The notes: generated by a model from the sequence alone, not told the origin. A DNA stretch of 64,000 nt from a virus (IMGVR_UViG_3300043414_001288:12498-76497), one strand, 5' to 3'; positions 47,771 through 58,487 are shown, counted from the first letter of the stretch. A program made the numbers and translations.

Positions 47771-48322
47771 TTAAGAAATTGAATCGACAGAATAATATCC
47801 TCTAAAAACATAAGAACCTCCATACGTTATAGATGCCATTATGGGTCCAACGGGACCATTATTATAAGTTAAATCTTGCATTGTTACAGTAAATCTAAAG
47901 TATACATAACTTCCCGCACCAACAGTAAGTGTATAATCATATGGACTACTACCATAGGCAGTTGAACGAACTTGCTCATTCACAATAATTTCCATATAAG
48001 GATATGCAGGAGATGGACTATAAGTAATTGGAAAATTATTAAGAATTAAATTATAACTTCCTGCTGGAGGATAAAATGTTTGAGATGTAAAAACCCTCGA
48101 ATTACTATTATATGGTACATAAACATAATCAGTAAAAGTTTGTATTTCATTTACTGCCCAATTAAATGAACTTTTTCCATAAAAATCATAAAGACTTATA
48201 GTACCACTTGCAGGAATACCAGCAGATCTTCCATAATACTCATCAATTCCAATGGGATTTACTCCACCAAATTCGGTTTGAACATTAGCAAGACTAATTT
48301 CACCAGAGGATTGAAGAGTCAT
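47771..48322 (-). CDS. Putative tail fibre tip/adhesin-associated protein
   Basis: 183 aa. N-terminal SSGEISLANVQTEFGGVNPIGIDEYY..IPASGTISLYDFYG motif commonly seen downstream of chaperone-bearing fibres. Tyr-rich C-domain. Confidence 0.55.
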   Translation of the reverse strand: MTLQSSGEISLANVQTEFGGVNPIGIDEYYGRSAGIPASGTISLYDFYGKSSFNWAVNEIQTFTDYVYVPYNSNSRVFTSQTFYPPAGSYNLILNNFPITYSPSPAYPYMEIIVNEQVRSTAYGSSPYDYTLTVGAGSYVYFRFTVTMQDLTYNNGPVGPIMASITYGGSYVFRGYYSVDSIS

Positions 48323-48338
48323 TGTTTATTTGATAAAA

Positions 48339-48773
48339 TTATGCTTCAACAGCATTTTTATAATATTCAGTAGTTTTTAAATGTTTATATGCCTGAACAA
48401 TAACACTGTCAGGACTATCAGGATCAATAAAAAATAGCACTTTAAAGTCTTTTCCGGGAGTTGCTAATCTAGAATCAATACTTACATCAGTTGGAGATGT
48501 TGCAAGAGCACCAATTGGCAATTTTCCTTCATCTCTTGCAACTTTAGAAGAATACACTTCAATTGCAATTTTGCCTATATAACCGGATTTCCAATAAACC
48601 CATAATGTTTCATCCTCATCATCTCGATGTGTCAATTCATCGGGTCTTGATTTATCTGGTGGCGGAAGAACATCATTCAATCTTTTTTCTGTAGTTATAT
48701 TAACGATTACGTGATAAGCATCATCAACCACAAATCCAGTTCCAGGAATTTCAAAATCTCTCAACAATGCCAC
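48339..48773 (-). CDS. Hypothetical protein (possibly fibre assembly)
   Basis: 144-aa ORF packed between fibre genes. MALLRDFEIPGTG..AYHVI..QAYKHLKTTEYYKNAVE. Confidence 0.55.
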   Translation of the reverse strand: MALLRDFEIPGTGFVVDDAYHVIVNITTEKRLNDVLPPPDKSRPDELTHRDDEDETLWVYWKSGYIGKIAIEVYSSKVARDEGKLPIGALATSPTDVSIDSRLATPGKDFKVLFFIDPDSPDSVIVQAYKHLKTTEYYKNAVEA

Positions 48774-48774
48774 A

Positions 48775-50388
48775 TTATTCTCCTAATTTCGATTTAAGTT
48801 CTTCAATTTCTTTCTTCAAGTTATTTATAATTATAGTTTGTTCTTTAATTGCCTCAATAAAAAGACCTGCAAAATTTCCATAGGATACGCCATATTCATC
48901 AACATCTTCGGCATAAGTCACAACTTCGGGCACAATTGGTTCAACTTCTTGTGCTATAACACCCATTTCAACTTTATCGGAATTAGCATTATCTTCAATA
49001 TCAATTCTCTTATAAGTCACCCCACGAAGTTGATTGACTTTATCAAGTGCATTAGTTACAGTTTTAATTTCAGTTTTCTTTCTCGCATCAGAATATGCAA
49101 CAACATTTCCTGTAGAATAAACTCCACCCGATACATACATTCCATAAGATCCTGATGTAGTAGATGTATTCACTCCCATACAATTATTAGCAATTAGATG
49201 ATAAAGAATCCATCTACCATTTGCTTCACGATAAACTCCACCATTTCCTGCAGAATCATACATTCCAATATTAACGCCACTGTATACATCATAAAATCCA
49301 CCATAGCTATTTCTAGATCCCTCAATAGTTCCGGAAGTATATGTTGATGATGTATTTGGTCTCATCTGCCAACTATTAGTATCCGAATAAAAACCAGTGG
49401 TATTTGTATACATCCAGGTATACTTGTAGGTGTAATTAGATGTACCGTTAATTTGGAATATTAATGTGTCATTAGAATAATCCGCCTTAAATCTGATACC
49501 TTCATAAGAAGGGTTTGCAGCTATAGTAATACCAGTATGATACTGAAAAACTAAATCTGGGTATGGATGTGTCCAAGAACCAGATTCTTGAAAACCAAAA
49601 GAATATGGATATGAAGATCTTGTCGAACCACTATTAACACCTGACGCATAAGGTGTGATTGGACCAGTACCAGAAATTTGGTTATTGTTCATAGTAAGTG
49701 TTCCACCCAACGAACAAGTACCACCAGATTGATTGGTTGCAGTAGTAGCAGTTACAGAATTACCAGAACAAGAAGAAGCAGTAGTTGCAGTTGCAGAATT
49801 ACCAGAACAAGAAGAAGCAGTAGTTGCAGTTGCAGAATTACCAGAACAAGAAGAAGCAGTAGTTGCAGTTGCAGAATTACCAGAACAAGAAGAAGCAGTA
49901 GTTGCAGTTGCAGAATTACCAGAACAAGAAGTGGAAGACCCACTAATATTCATCGTTTGTCCACTAATAAAAGTAGCAACTTTTGCCGCAGTAGCAGAAC
50001 GATAATAATTATCGCCAAACTTACCCATTAAATAAGTAAGAGATCCACTGCTTACATCATCACTAGAATTAAAATAACTACCAAATCCATATCTACGATA
50101 ATCATCTCCACTTCCATCTCTCAATACAATAGAACTAGCAGTTGCAGAAGTTGATACTTGATATCCTTGCAAATAAGAAGCACTAACGCCACTTAAACTC
50201 GAACCATCTCCATAAAATTTTGTAGCATACAAATAACCATCATAATTTAATCTAGTAGTATTTGATGGTGCAGTTGTTCCACCATCAAATTGTCCAGAAG
50301 ATTTTGTTGTTCCATTATAAGACACAAAAGAAGAACTAGTTGAACCAGAAGTTGCACCTTCAACAAGTTTTGCTTTTGTTTGAGACAT
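48775..50388 (-). CDS. Tail fibre with C-terminal peptidase S74-type intramolecular chaperone
   Basis: 537 aa. AYSDARKKTEIKTVTNALDKVNQLRGVTY..MGVIAQEVEPIVPEVV..VSYGNFAGLFIEAIKEQ plus coiled coil. Confidence 0.85.
   Translation of the reverse strand: MSQTKAKLVEGATSGSTSSSFVSYNGTTKSSGQFDGGTTAPSNTTRLNYDGYLYATKFYGDGSSLSGVSASYLQGYQVSTSATASSIVLRDGSGDDYRRYGFGSYFNSSDDVSSGSLTYLMGKFGDNYYRSATAAKVATFISGQTMNISGSSTSCSGNSATATTASSCSGNSATATTASSCSGNSATATTASSCSGNSATATTASSCSGNSVTATTATNQSGGTCSLGGTLTMNNNQISGTGPITPYASGVNSGSTRSSYPYSFGFQESGSWTHPYPDLVFQYHTGITIAANPSYEGIRFKADYSNDTLIFQINGTSNYTYKYTWMYTNTTGFYSDTNSWQMRPNTSSTYTSGTIEGSRNSYGGFYDVYSGVNIGMYDSAGNGGVYREANGRWILYHLIANNCMGVNTSTTSGSYGMYVSGGVYSTGNVVAYSDARKKTEIKTVTNALDKVNQLRGVTYKRIDIEDNANSDKVEMGVIAQEVEPIVPEVVTYAEDVDEYGVSYGNFAGLFIEAIKEQTIIINNLKKEIEELKSKLGE
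49738..49931 (-). repeat. 39-bp coding tandem repeat x5 (SCSGNSATATTAS)
   Basis: GCAGTAGTTGCAGTTGCAGAATTACCAGAACAAGAAGAA repeated. Confidence 0.9.
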
Positions 50389-50436
50389 TATTATATCCGA
50401 TTACAATTTGAAGTATTTATGATTTATATAATAATA

Positions 50437-50892
50437 CTAGGGTGTAGAAGGCCATTCTGGGTTTTTTGGATCATTCGTATTTTCAGGAAGATCTCTCAAT
50501 GCTTGACGATAAACTGCCCATTCTTGTTTTTTTTGTTTAGTGATTGGACTATCAGAAAGTTGCGTCCAATCACATTCTATCAATTTACGATTTCTTTCAT
50601 TACGAAATTCCTTCCAATAATCTCTTGATGCTTCTCTTAATTCTTCTTCTGCCAATTGTTCTCTAAATCTTCTTTGTTTTTCTGCATCAAATATCTCTAA
50701 TGCTTGTTCGTAAATTCCAAGTTCATTAATCACTTCACTTGGTGTATTCTTATATTCTATTCTACCTACAGTATCATTCCAAATGACTGCATGAACATTG
50801 GAAGGAACCCAAGATAGGTCTTCCTGTATATTCCCAAAAGTTTCATCATTCAATCTAATGTATTTTTCTGATACGATAAATGCTAATTTCAT
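50437..50892 (-). CDS. Phage tail (fibre) assembly chaperone
   Basis: C-terminal RNERNRKLIECDWTQLSDSP...WAVYRQALRDLPE....NPEWPSTP, a typical tail assembly chaperone signature. Confidence 0.8.
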   Translation of the reverse strand: MKLAFIVSEKYIRLNDETFGNIQEDLSWVPSNVHAVIWNDTVGRIEYKNTPSEVINELGIYEQALEIFDAEKQRRFREQLAEEELREASRDYWKEFRNERNRKLIECDWTQLSDSPITKQKKQEWAVYRQALRDLPENTNDPKNPEWPSTP

Positions 50893-51230
50893 TACTGATC
50901 TCCAGATTTTAATATATTATCTTGAGCATTACCGGAAAGTATTTCATTTATAGAAATTCCAGGTTGCATAGAATTTATATACAATTGTCTATTTTGAATA
51001 TTTGTATCGACAACCTCATTTCTAAAACTTTCTATTGCTGCTCCAGTAGATCTTTGTTGCTGTGAGTTTTCAATCAATAAAGTAGGCATCCAAGTAATTG
51101 CACAACCCCATTCATCAACTGGTTCTCCAGTATTAGGATTATAACCACGAATTTGTGTAAACCAAGAACACTGAAGTCCTACACAATCCTTTTTAATTAA
51201 TGGACAATATTTTCCTTGTTCGAGTTTCAT
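50892..51230 (-). CDS. Conserved-type small Cys-containing phage protein
   Basis: 112 aa with YCPLIKKDCVGLQCSWF..DEWGCAITWMPTLLIEN..AAIESFRNE. Confidence 0.65.
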   Translation of the reverse strand: MKLEQGKYCPLIKKDCVGLQCSWFTQIRGYNPNTGEPVDEWGCAITWMPTLLIENSQQQRSTGAAIESFRNEVVDTNIQNRQLYINSMQPGISINEILSGNAQDNILKSGDQ

Positions 51231-51239
51231 AAAAATAAA

Positions 51240-53300
51240 TTAATCTTTAGAACATATTATAACATCAATATACTGAACAGAAAAGTCCATAGACGCTCCA
51301 GAAGTTCCACTATTGTTGACTGAAATAGAGTGCCCGTGACTTCCACCATTATTTGTAGTAAAAGCGTGTTGGTGATCATTACTCATACCAGCAGTTGATC
51401 CTCCATGACTGTGATTGCCAACACTATTAGTCGATCCACTATGGCTGTGATCACCTGCTGAATTGGTACTATCACTGGCAGGGGCACTAACCTTAACTCT
51501 ATTCTCATAACCACCAGAAAGATTTAATCCATACCCACCTACTTCACTTCCACTACTATACTGGTTCATAGAATGACTATGAGAACCAGCACTATTAGTG
51601 GAAAAATCATGATTATGTCCCCCATTATCATTAGTTGTAAAACTATGAGTGTGATTTGCGTTTTGACTACCTGATGTCCCATCATGTGTGTGTCCACCAT
51701 GATCAGAAGCACTTGCAGAGTGACTGTGTTCTGGTAGTGGAACACCTCTACTAGCAAATACAGAAGTAAATGATGAAGAACCACCAGAACCTCCGCCTGT
51801 TCCGGAAACAACTCTTAATGCTTTATTATCATGAGATGTAGATTTCGTCCAACCAGTCGGAGCAGATGATTGATAGAAAAGTAAAGTAGTTCCAGAAGCA
51901 AATGATGACGAACTTCCCCACTGAAGTCCACTTCCAGTAGATTGAAGAACTTGACCCGAAGAACCATTTCCTCCACCAGCAGTTAGAGTACCTGACAATA
52001 TTAAGTTGGTTGCCGTTCCTCCACTTGCTGCCAAATAATAAGTGCTTGCATTTCCATTTAAATACTGACTATTCAGATTTGATACTAATGTAGAAGAAGC
52101 AACAGTAAGTGGTGCAGTCCCTGTTGCTACAGTTGAGTTAAATGTAGATGCAGTTATAATACCAGAAGAATTAATATTGGTATTTGAAATATTAGCAATA
52201 GTACCAATACCAGTATAATTTAAATTAGTACCTCCAAGATTAGTAATAGTACCTTTAGTGCTATCAAATGTGGTGATTGTACCAGCAGTACCAGTAATAT
52301 TAGTAATTGTGAGATTACTAATTGAATTTCCCCATTTAACACCAACAGAAGCACTTGTGTCAGCAATTAAAATACTATTATTTGCACCTACACCCAATAT
52401 TGCAGCAACATTATCTCCAGATGCTACTACCATATCGCCCTTAGCACTCCAAGAAACATCACTCAATAATGCTCCTTGTCCACCAAGAGCAACAACAAAG
52501 CAACCTAATCCCGAAGCAGGAGCAGTTGTAAATCTAATTGTACTTGTATTAAATCCCCCAGATTGAACAATAATAAAATCAGTTCCTGGTTTTTGTATTA
52601 TGCCACCAACAGATACGATCAAATTTGCAGAACTTGCTGCTGGAACAAAGGGAACTGATGCAGATGCAAGAGAAAAATCGGTTGTAGATCCATTAAAGGA
52701 TGAAGAAAAATCATCAAGAATAATTGAGTTTCCAATTGGATATTGTCCAGTAACAGATGCAGAGTTTGCCGGAACATATCCAAGAGCATTTGTAACTTCC
52801 GAAGACAATAATACACTATCATCACCATTTGCCTTCAGAAAGTTAGTAGCAGTCGCACCAGTTTTAACAAATTTAAGAGTATTTAAAGTTCCAGTACTTG
52901 GGTTACAAAATATATCAGTATCTACAGAAATTGTACCTATACCAGATGTAACTTTTGAAAAAGTAAGATATCTTGTGGCATTTGAATTATCCAACCCAAT
53001 TGCAATCGATGAAGCAGAACCAGCATTTCCATTTACATTTCCAGTAACATTTCCTACAAGTGTCGTAATACCACTCAAAGAACCAGTATAAGGATTAAAT
53101 ATTAACTTATTACTAGTATTTGGTTGTGTAAATTCTACATCATTTGTATTCAATAAAACATAATAATTAGAATTTGCAGTTGTCCCTAAACCAACTCTTA
53201 CAATATCTGGATTTTCACGAAGATATAAACCAAGTGCATCTCCGAATAGATCTGTAGATGTAGTTATACCAGTTCTAGTGTCTCGGAGAAGAATGCTCAT
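51240..53300 (-). CDS. Tail fibre / collar-like protein with His-rich C-terminal tip
   Basis: 686 aa. FASGTTLLFYQSSAPTGWTK..HDNKALRVVSG, repeated HSH/HTH motifs and terminal DFSVQYIDVIICSKD, as in short-tail-fibre tips. Confidence 0.75.
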   Translation of the reverse strand: MSILLRDTRTGITTSTDLFGDALGLYLRENPDIVRVGLGTTANSNYYVLLNTNDVEFTQPNTSNKLIFNPYTGSLSGITTLVGNVTGNVNGNAGSASSIAIGLDNSNATRYLTFSKVTSGIGTISVDTDIFCNPSTGTLNTLKFVKTGATATNFLKANGDDSVLLSSEVTNALGYVPANSASVTGQYPIGNSIILDDFSSSFNGSTTDFSLASASVPFVPAASSANLIVSVGGIIQKPGTDFIIVQSGGFNTSTIRFTTAPASGLGCFVVALGGQGALLSDVSWSAKGDMVVASGDNVAAILGVGANNSILIADTSASVGVKWGNSISNLTITNITGTAGTITTFDSTKGTITNLGGTNLNYTGIGTIANISNTNINSSGIITASTFNSTVATGTAPLTVASSTLVSNLNSQYLNGNASTYYLAASGGTATNLILSGTLTAGGGNGSSGQVLQSTGSGLQWGSSSSFASGTTLLFYQSSAPTGWTKSTSHDNKALRVVSGTGGGSGGSSSFTSVFASRGVPLPEHSHSASASDHGGHTHDGTSGSQNANHTHSFTTNDNGGHNHDFSTNSAGSHSHSMNQYSSGSEVGGYGLNLSGGYENRVKVSAPASDSTNSAGDHSHSGSTNSVGNHSHGGSTAGMSNDHQHAFTTNNGGSHGHSISVNNSGTSGASMDFSVQYIDVIICSKD

Positions 53301-54274
53301 GAGAAATACTGATTATATGTTGAGTTGTTTAGAACTGATTTTATGTTGTTTATTTCACCTTTTCTTGAATTTAAATCACCTTCTGCAAATATATATCCAT
53401 ATCTTTGCACATAAGATCTTTTAGTTTCAACTTTGAGAGAATTAGATCCAACTATAATTCCATCTCTTTGAGATTTTAATGTATTCAACTCTGATTTTAA
53501 TGTACTCATTTGAGAAGCATAAGTAGAACAAGATGTCGGACAAGAACTTGTTTCGCTAGAACTAATTTCGTAAATCTCTGTAGAACCAATTCCTACACTC
53601 GCAACAATATAAGTATCTACTCCAGTACCCAAAATAGGAGAACCAACATTCGTAACTTTAAATGATGCTCCACTAAATGCAGAAATTGTAAGAATGTCAT
53701 TTACCAAATAACCAGTACCACCATTATTTACGATTACACTTGAAACTGATCCACCAGCAGATACAGTTATATCTGCCTTTGCACCACTTCCTCCACCACC
53801 ATTTAAAACTTTTCCATAATAAGCAGAAGAAATAAATCCAGACCCAGGATTATTGATAATCAATTCTAATATTGAACTCTTATCTGCACCAACAACTACA
53901 GAAGTAGATCCAATTCCAGAAGTAAATGAAGTCGAACCATCAGTACCATCAAGTGGGGAATATGGATTTATTCCAGAATATGAAGTACTTTCTGCATTAA
54001 TACGATGTGCTTTTGCTTGTTCATAATAATAAGCAGAAGATGTAGTACCACATCCACAACTATTAGCAATTCCAGAAAGAATTGAAATATCATATATTTT
54101 TTTGTTAATATTAACAGTAATTTGAGCAATATTTTCGTCTAACTGTGATATTGGAGATACAAGTTCATTAATTGAAGATTGAAGTGGTTGTTTCAATTGT
54201 CCAATTGTTATAATTTGATTTTCAATTGAATTTAATTCCGCATCATATTTTATAATTAATGTTTGTTTAGTCAT
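53297..54274 (-). CDS. Virion structural protein (coiled coils flanking a beta domain)
   Basis: 325 aa. N- and C-terminal heptads and IINNPGSG..GGGGSGAKADITV..VNNGGTGY repeats. Confidence 0.55.
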   Translation of the reverse strand: MTKQTLIIKYDAELNSIENQIITIGQLKQPLQSSINELVSPISQLDENIAQITVNINKKIYDISILSGIANSCGCGTTSSAYYYEQAKAHRINAESTSYSGINPYSPLDGTDGSTSFTSGIGSTSVVVGADKSSILELIINNPGSGFISSAYYGKVLNGGGGSGAKADITVSAGGSVSSVIVNNGGTGYLVNDILTISAFSGASFKVTNVGSPILGTGVDTYIVASVGIGSTEIYEISSSETSSCPTSCSTYASQMSTLKSELNTLKSQRDGIIVGSNSLKVETKRSYVQRYGYIFAEGDLNSRKGEINNIKSVLNNSTYNQYFS

Positions 54275-54276
54275 AT

Positions 54277-55065
54277 CTATTCTCCTTCATACTCAACAAT
54301 CAATTTTGAAATATCTTTTCTTGTTGCATATACAATATAACTACAATCTATTTTTCCACCCGAGTTGTTTAGTATTTTTATTTGATTATTTTCTATCTTT
54401 TGTACATAGAGTTCTTGATGTAAAACATAAGAAGTCAAATGAACTGTGATTGATTTTTCATCAACTAATCCAGTCCAATAATCAGGCAAATTGATTATAT
54501 TCGAATTTATCAATCTACCACGAGTATAAACTCCATTTTCTGGTCCTTCCAAACAACCGTGCCTTAACCTATGTTTTTCCTTTGTTGGATGTGGAATATC
54601 AAATAACTTAAATGGTGCTGCAACTCCGCCAAGAGCACTAAACATACCCACCACATTACAAATACCCATTACAACTAAAGGACCATTAACTACCTTTGCT
54701 CCATTTGTAATATGAGAACTATTATTTACTTTTAATCCATTCGACATATCTATGCCGTTTTTAAATGCTGAACCATAGCAATTAAAAATCCCAAGATTAT
54801 TGGTAATACCAGTTATATTGGTAATCGGTCCAAGAAGATTTGAAATACCAGTAACTTCAAGTGAAGCTGGAACTGATACTCCTATTGTAGGACCAATCAT
54901 ACAAGCAGCTCTTGCTATTCCTGCCTGTAATGTTCCACCAATATATACTGGACCATTTAATGCAGCAGTTCCTGGTGTTAAATCAGTACTTCTAGTCAAA
55001 AACGAAGTATCAACTTTCCCGCAGATTAATTTTTCTCCAACATTCGCAATTGTAAAATCAGCCAT
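54277..55065 (-). CDS. Spike/needle-like beta-helix protein with putative C-terminal chaperone
   Basis: 262 aa of short beta repeats, then FKLFDIPHPTKEKHRLRHGCLEGPENGVYTRG..LPDYW. Confidence 0.55.
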   Translation of the reverse strand: MADFTIANVGEKLICGKVDTSFLTRSTDLTPGTAALNGPVYIGGTLQAGIARAACMIGPTIGVSVPASLEVTGISNLLGPITNITGITNNLGIFNCYGSAFKNGIDMSNGLKVNNSSHITNGAKVVNGPLVVMGICNVVGMFSALGGVAAPFKLFDIPHPTKEKHRLRHGCLEGPENGVYTRGRLINSNIINLPDYWTGLVDEKSITVHLTSYVLHQELYVQKIENNQIKILNNSGGKIDCSYIVYATRKDISKLIVEYEGE

Positions 55066-55068
55066 TAG

Positions 55069-55632
55069 TTAACATATGGATGTGAAGAAATCTTTGAATT
55101 TTTTAACTGCTGCTATTATTTTTCCCAAAAATGAAGAAGAATCCGTATCTACGCCACTCGAAATTGTAGTTTGTGCAGAAGCATAAATGTCAGTAGTAGC
55201 ACCGGCAATATTTACTCCTTGTGCCGCTGCAATTGTTGCAGCTCCACTTGATTGCACTTCAACATTTGGAGCACTCATTTTAACAATTTTAGAACCCTGA
55301 ATTGTTACTTCACCTTCCGAACCATCTACACCAATAATACGAATATTTTTTGCTTCAAGAATAATAGTTCCATTGATTGCTCTCAAATGAATATCTCCAT
55401 TTAGAGCATCAATTATTTTTGCTGGTGTTTTATCATCAGCAATTTTATGTCCCACAACTTCTTTTGAAGTTTTATTTACAACAAAATCAGAATTTCCATT
55501 TTCGTAAATAATAAGTCCTTGTCCCTTATCTGTTGTACAAGCAATATCTATTTTTCCGTTTTTAGCACTATCTGTGCCTGCTTCAAATCTAAATCCTGGA
55601 AGCTGTCTGGCAAATGGGTTTCTCATATACAA
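55069..55632 (-). CDS. Baseplate hub/needle protein, gp5 C-terminal beta-helix-like
   Basis: 187 aa of short beta-strand repeats (IHLRAINGTIILEAKNIRI..VTIQGSKIVKMSAPNVEVQS), overlapping the end of the gp5-like gene. Confidence 0.5.
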   Translation of the reverse strand: MYMRNPFARQLPGFRFEAGTDSAKNGKIDIACTTDKGQGLIIYENGNSDFVVNKTSKEVVGHKIADDKTPAKIIDALNGDIHLRAINGTIILEAKNIRIIGVDGSEGEVTIQGSKIVKMSAPNVEVQSSGAATIAAAQGVNIAGATTDIYASAQTTISSGVDTDSSSFLGKIIAAVKKFKDFFTSIC

Positions 55633-58487
55633 TCTATTACTGTTACAATTCCAACAGTTGTTGCTCTTGTATTTAACTGCTGACTAAATGAAACATAAGT
55701 CGGATAATATTTCATTCGTGGAATAACTTGAGCACCAACTCCTGTTCTTGTATTTATAGTAAGTACAGGAAGTCGATCAAATCCACAAATTGGATTATTT
55801 AATGGTTGAATATTTACAATTGCACCACTACCAGGAGAAACAATAGGAATATAATTATTTTTACCATCAGTAATTGTATCACCAGATGTATATCCATATC
55901 CAGGTGCAGTTATAATAATATCTTCAATACAACCAGTAATACTACTACTAACTCCCACATTTGGTTTATAATTAATTAAAACATAAACAGATGCTTTTTG
56001 ATTATCCAATTTAAGTTTGAAAATTTTATTTTCTTTAATTACATTTTTATTTGTTTGAAATGTAATTTCAGATTTGTTATTTAAAACAGTAAAAGAAGAA
56101 TTTAATTGTTTATTTACCAATAATGTTGCATCTATTCCTGTAATTGTATATGGAACAACAACATTATCATTCACATTTTCTGTTATTAAACTAATTCTAA
56201 ATACTTCTCCTTCATTTACTATATCTTTTGTTGATTTCAAATAATACTTTTCTTTTGCCGGTTGTGCTGGAACAATAGGTTTAATCAAAACTTGTATGGT
56301 TTTTTTGTAATCTGGCAATGCTAAATCAAATACCTTTGCATCTATAATTTTTCCTTTATTTGCATTAAAGGTTATAGTTGAGACATTATTATTAATTACA
56401 AACTCACCATTAAAACTTTGCCCAATTAAATCATTTGGTATTCCAGAAATTTGATATTTAATTTTAGTTCCATCAGAAATATTGAAACTTCTAGCAGTAA
56501 TTTCAAAAATTTCTCCCTCAAATACTGATGATTTGTTTGATGATAAAGTAATGCTAATATTCTTTTGAGTAGTTGCGGTCGTTCCTATACCAGTGTTGGC
56601 AGTAGTTCCTATACCGGTGTTGGCAGTAGTTCCATCTCCACAGCTAGTATCTACTACTATATTTGAATAATTACCTTGACAATAACCAAAACCAACATCC
56701 TCTACATAAATTGATTTTATACATCCATATTTGTCATTAATAATTGCTCTTGCAGTTGCTCCACTACCATAACCACTATTATCCACAATCATAACAGTTG
56801 GTTCTGTTGTATATCCACTTCCTTTACTGGTCAATTCAATAGAAAAAATTGAACCATTTGCACCGACAATAGCAGTCGCACTTGCACCATATCCATCCCC
56901 AATAATTCTTACAATTGGTGGAATACAATTTGGATGTCTTACTCCAGGAGGTAATGGTATTATATCATCTTGTGTTGTCGGATTTGTTACTTTTTGATTA
57001 CAAGTATTAAACAACGAATTAAATTTTCCATTCAAACCACCATAAATTGGTGTTTCTCCAATTGCTGCTCCAATAGAACCCAAACCATCACTCAATCCAT
57101 TCAATACATTTACATTAGAGACCATTTTTTGCCAATCGTCTGCTTCCTTTTCATTTGGTCCAAATTTAGCAGCCCAAACACTTGGAGTTTTACAAGCAAG
57201 TCCAGTACAATCAAGAAAACTTAAAATTTGTGATGCTAATGAACTTGCTTGATTTAGAATTCCAGTAATTGATGAAAGTCCCCCAGTAAGCCACTCAATT
57301 CCAGATATAATATCTGCAAGTGCATCTTCAATAGCATTCATCAATTCAGAAAGAATACCAGCAGTTAATTGCTCTATAGCACAAGCAGGTGCATTTATTG
57401 GAGCAATCAAATCACTAAGCATATTTTCAATAAAATTAAGAAGGCTAGCAGGAAGTTTTTCAAGAATACAAAATATTTTATCCAAAATGACCTTCATTGC
57501 TTCCAAAAAATGCACCTGATCTGGTGGTGGAACAAAAATTCCAACAAACTTACGAAACAACGTAACAATACATTTAAAAATTGTACCTCTTAAATTATTA
57601 ATAATTAATTTTACAATTCCAAGAACTTGTCCTGCAGTTCTTTTTACTAAATTTCCAACATTTACAACTTCATTTAAAATTGGGTCAATATAAGTATGCA
57701 AATATCTATCAAGTCCATTTGTAACTGCAATAAAGTCTTGTATTGCTTGTGTAATCTGTCCGATTAAATTATTTTCACATCCATTTGGTCTAACTAAAGT
57801 AATATCCGCCTTTTTTTCTACCGAAAGAGTAGATGCAGCAGGAATACCAGATTTAATACCTGCAATTTTATCACCAAACTGTGGTATTGTTGCAATATTA
57901 GTTGTAGTCGAACTTGAAAAACCAAAATCAGAATTAAAAGCAATATTCGTTGCAGATGCTTGAGATAATGGTGATGTCTCTGCTTCTGTAAAAGATTTTG
58001 ATGCTCTGCTATCTTTTTGTGATGGTTTAATTAGATTTCCAGGATGTCCAGTAAAAGGTTTGAACTTTGAACTTTTTTCTTTTGTTACAACATCTTCTGT
58101 CTGTAAGTTTTTTGTTCCATCACTACGATAAAGCAATCCAATAATTACTGGTTGTTGCCCATCATCTCCATCCAAGAAAAATCCAAAACAAGTTTCACCA
58201 CCTTTTAAATGTAATGTTCCTCCAATACCACCTTGAGCACTTCCAAAGGAAGGGTCCAACATTACTTGTGCCCAAGGCAAATCATCATCAGAAAGAATAT
58301 TTCCATCAAAAGAATGATATCCAACTATTCTAACTTTGCATCTTGCTCCCCATACTCCATCTTTAGTACCTTCTAAAGATATTTCTGATTTTTCTGCCCA
58401 AACGGAAGAATGTGCTACTTGACCAATCCACCAAGTAAAACCATCTTTTCCGATATAATTCGATTTTAATAAACTCTCTTCAATCAT
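55623..58487 (-). CDS. gp5: Baseplate hub subunit gp5-like (N-terminal OB-fold), no recognisable T4 lysozyme domain
   Basis: DGFTWWIGQV..ARCKVRIVGYHS..DDDLPWAQV..GETCFGFFLDGDDGQQPVIIG is the gp5 OB-fold signature. Helical middle region and two Calx-beta-like units. Confidence 0.75.
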   Translation of the reverse strand: MIEESLLKSNYIGKDGFTWWIGQVAHSSVWAEKSEISLEGTKDGVWGARCKVRIVGYHSFDGNILSDDDLPWAQVMLDPSFGSAQGGIGGTLHLKGGETCFGFFLDGDDGQQPVIIGLLYRSDGTKNLQTEDVVTKEKSSKFKPFTGHPGNLIKPSQKDSRASKSFTEAETSPLSQASATNIAFNSDFGFSSSTTTNIATIPQFGDKIAGIKSGIPAASTLSVEKKADITLVRPNGCENNLIGQITQAIQDFIAVTNGLDRYLHTYIDPILNEVVNVGNLVKRTAGQVLGIVKLIINNLRGTIFKCIVTLFRKFVGIFVPPPDQVHFLEAMKVILDKIFCILEKLPASLLNFIENMLSDLIAPINAPACAIEQLTAGILSELMNAIEDALADIISGIEWLTGGLSSITGILNQASSLASQILSFLDCTGLACKTPSVWAAKFGPNEKEADDWQKMVSNVNVLNGLSDGLGSIGAAIGETPIYGGLNGKFNSLFNTCNQKVTNPTTQDDIIPLPPGVRHPNCIPPIVRIIGDGYGASATAIVGANGSIFSIELTSKGSGYTTEPTVMIVDNSGYGSGATARAIINDKYGCIKSIYVEDVGFGYCQGNYSNIVVDTSCGDGTTANTGIGTTANTGIGTTATTQKNISITLSSNKSSVFEGEIFEITARSFNISDGTKIKYQISGIPNDLIGQSFNGEFVINNNVSTITFNANKGKIIDAKVFDLALPDYKKTIQVLIKPIVPAQPAKEKYYLKSTKDIVNEGEVFRISLITENVNDNVVVPYTITGIDATLLVNKQLNSSFTVLNNKSEITFQTNKNVIKENKIFKLKLDNQKASVYVLINYKPNVGVSSSITGCIEDIIITAPGYGYTSGDTITDGKNNYIPIVSPGSGAIVNIQPLNNPICGFDRLPVLTINTRTGVGAQVIPRMKYYPTYVSFSQQLNTRATTVGIVTVIDCI

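Noticed and set aside
56575-56635. Short 24-bp repeat (TTANTGIG x2-3) in gp5
   Set aside because: Low-complexity linker duplication with no evident further meaning.
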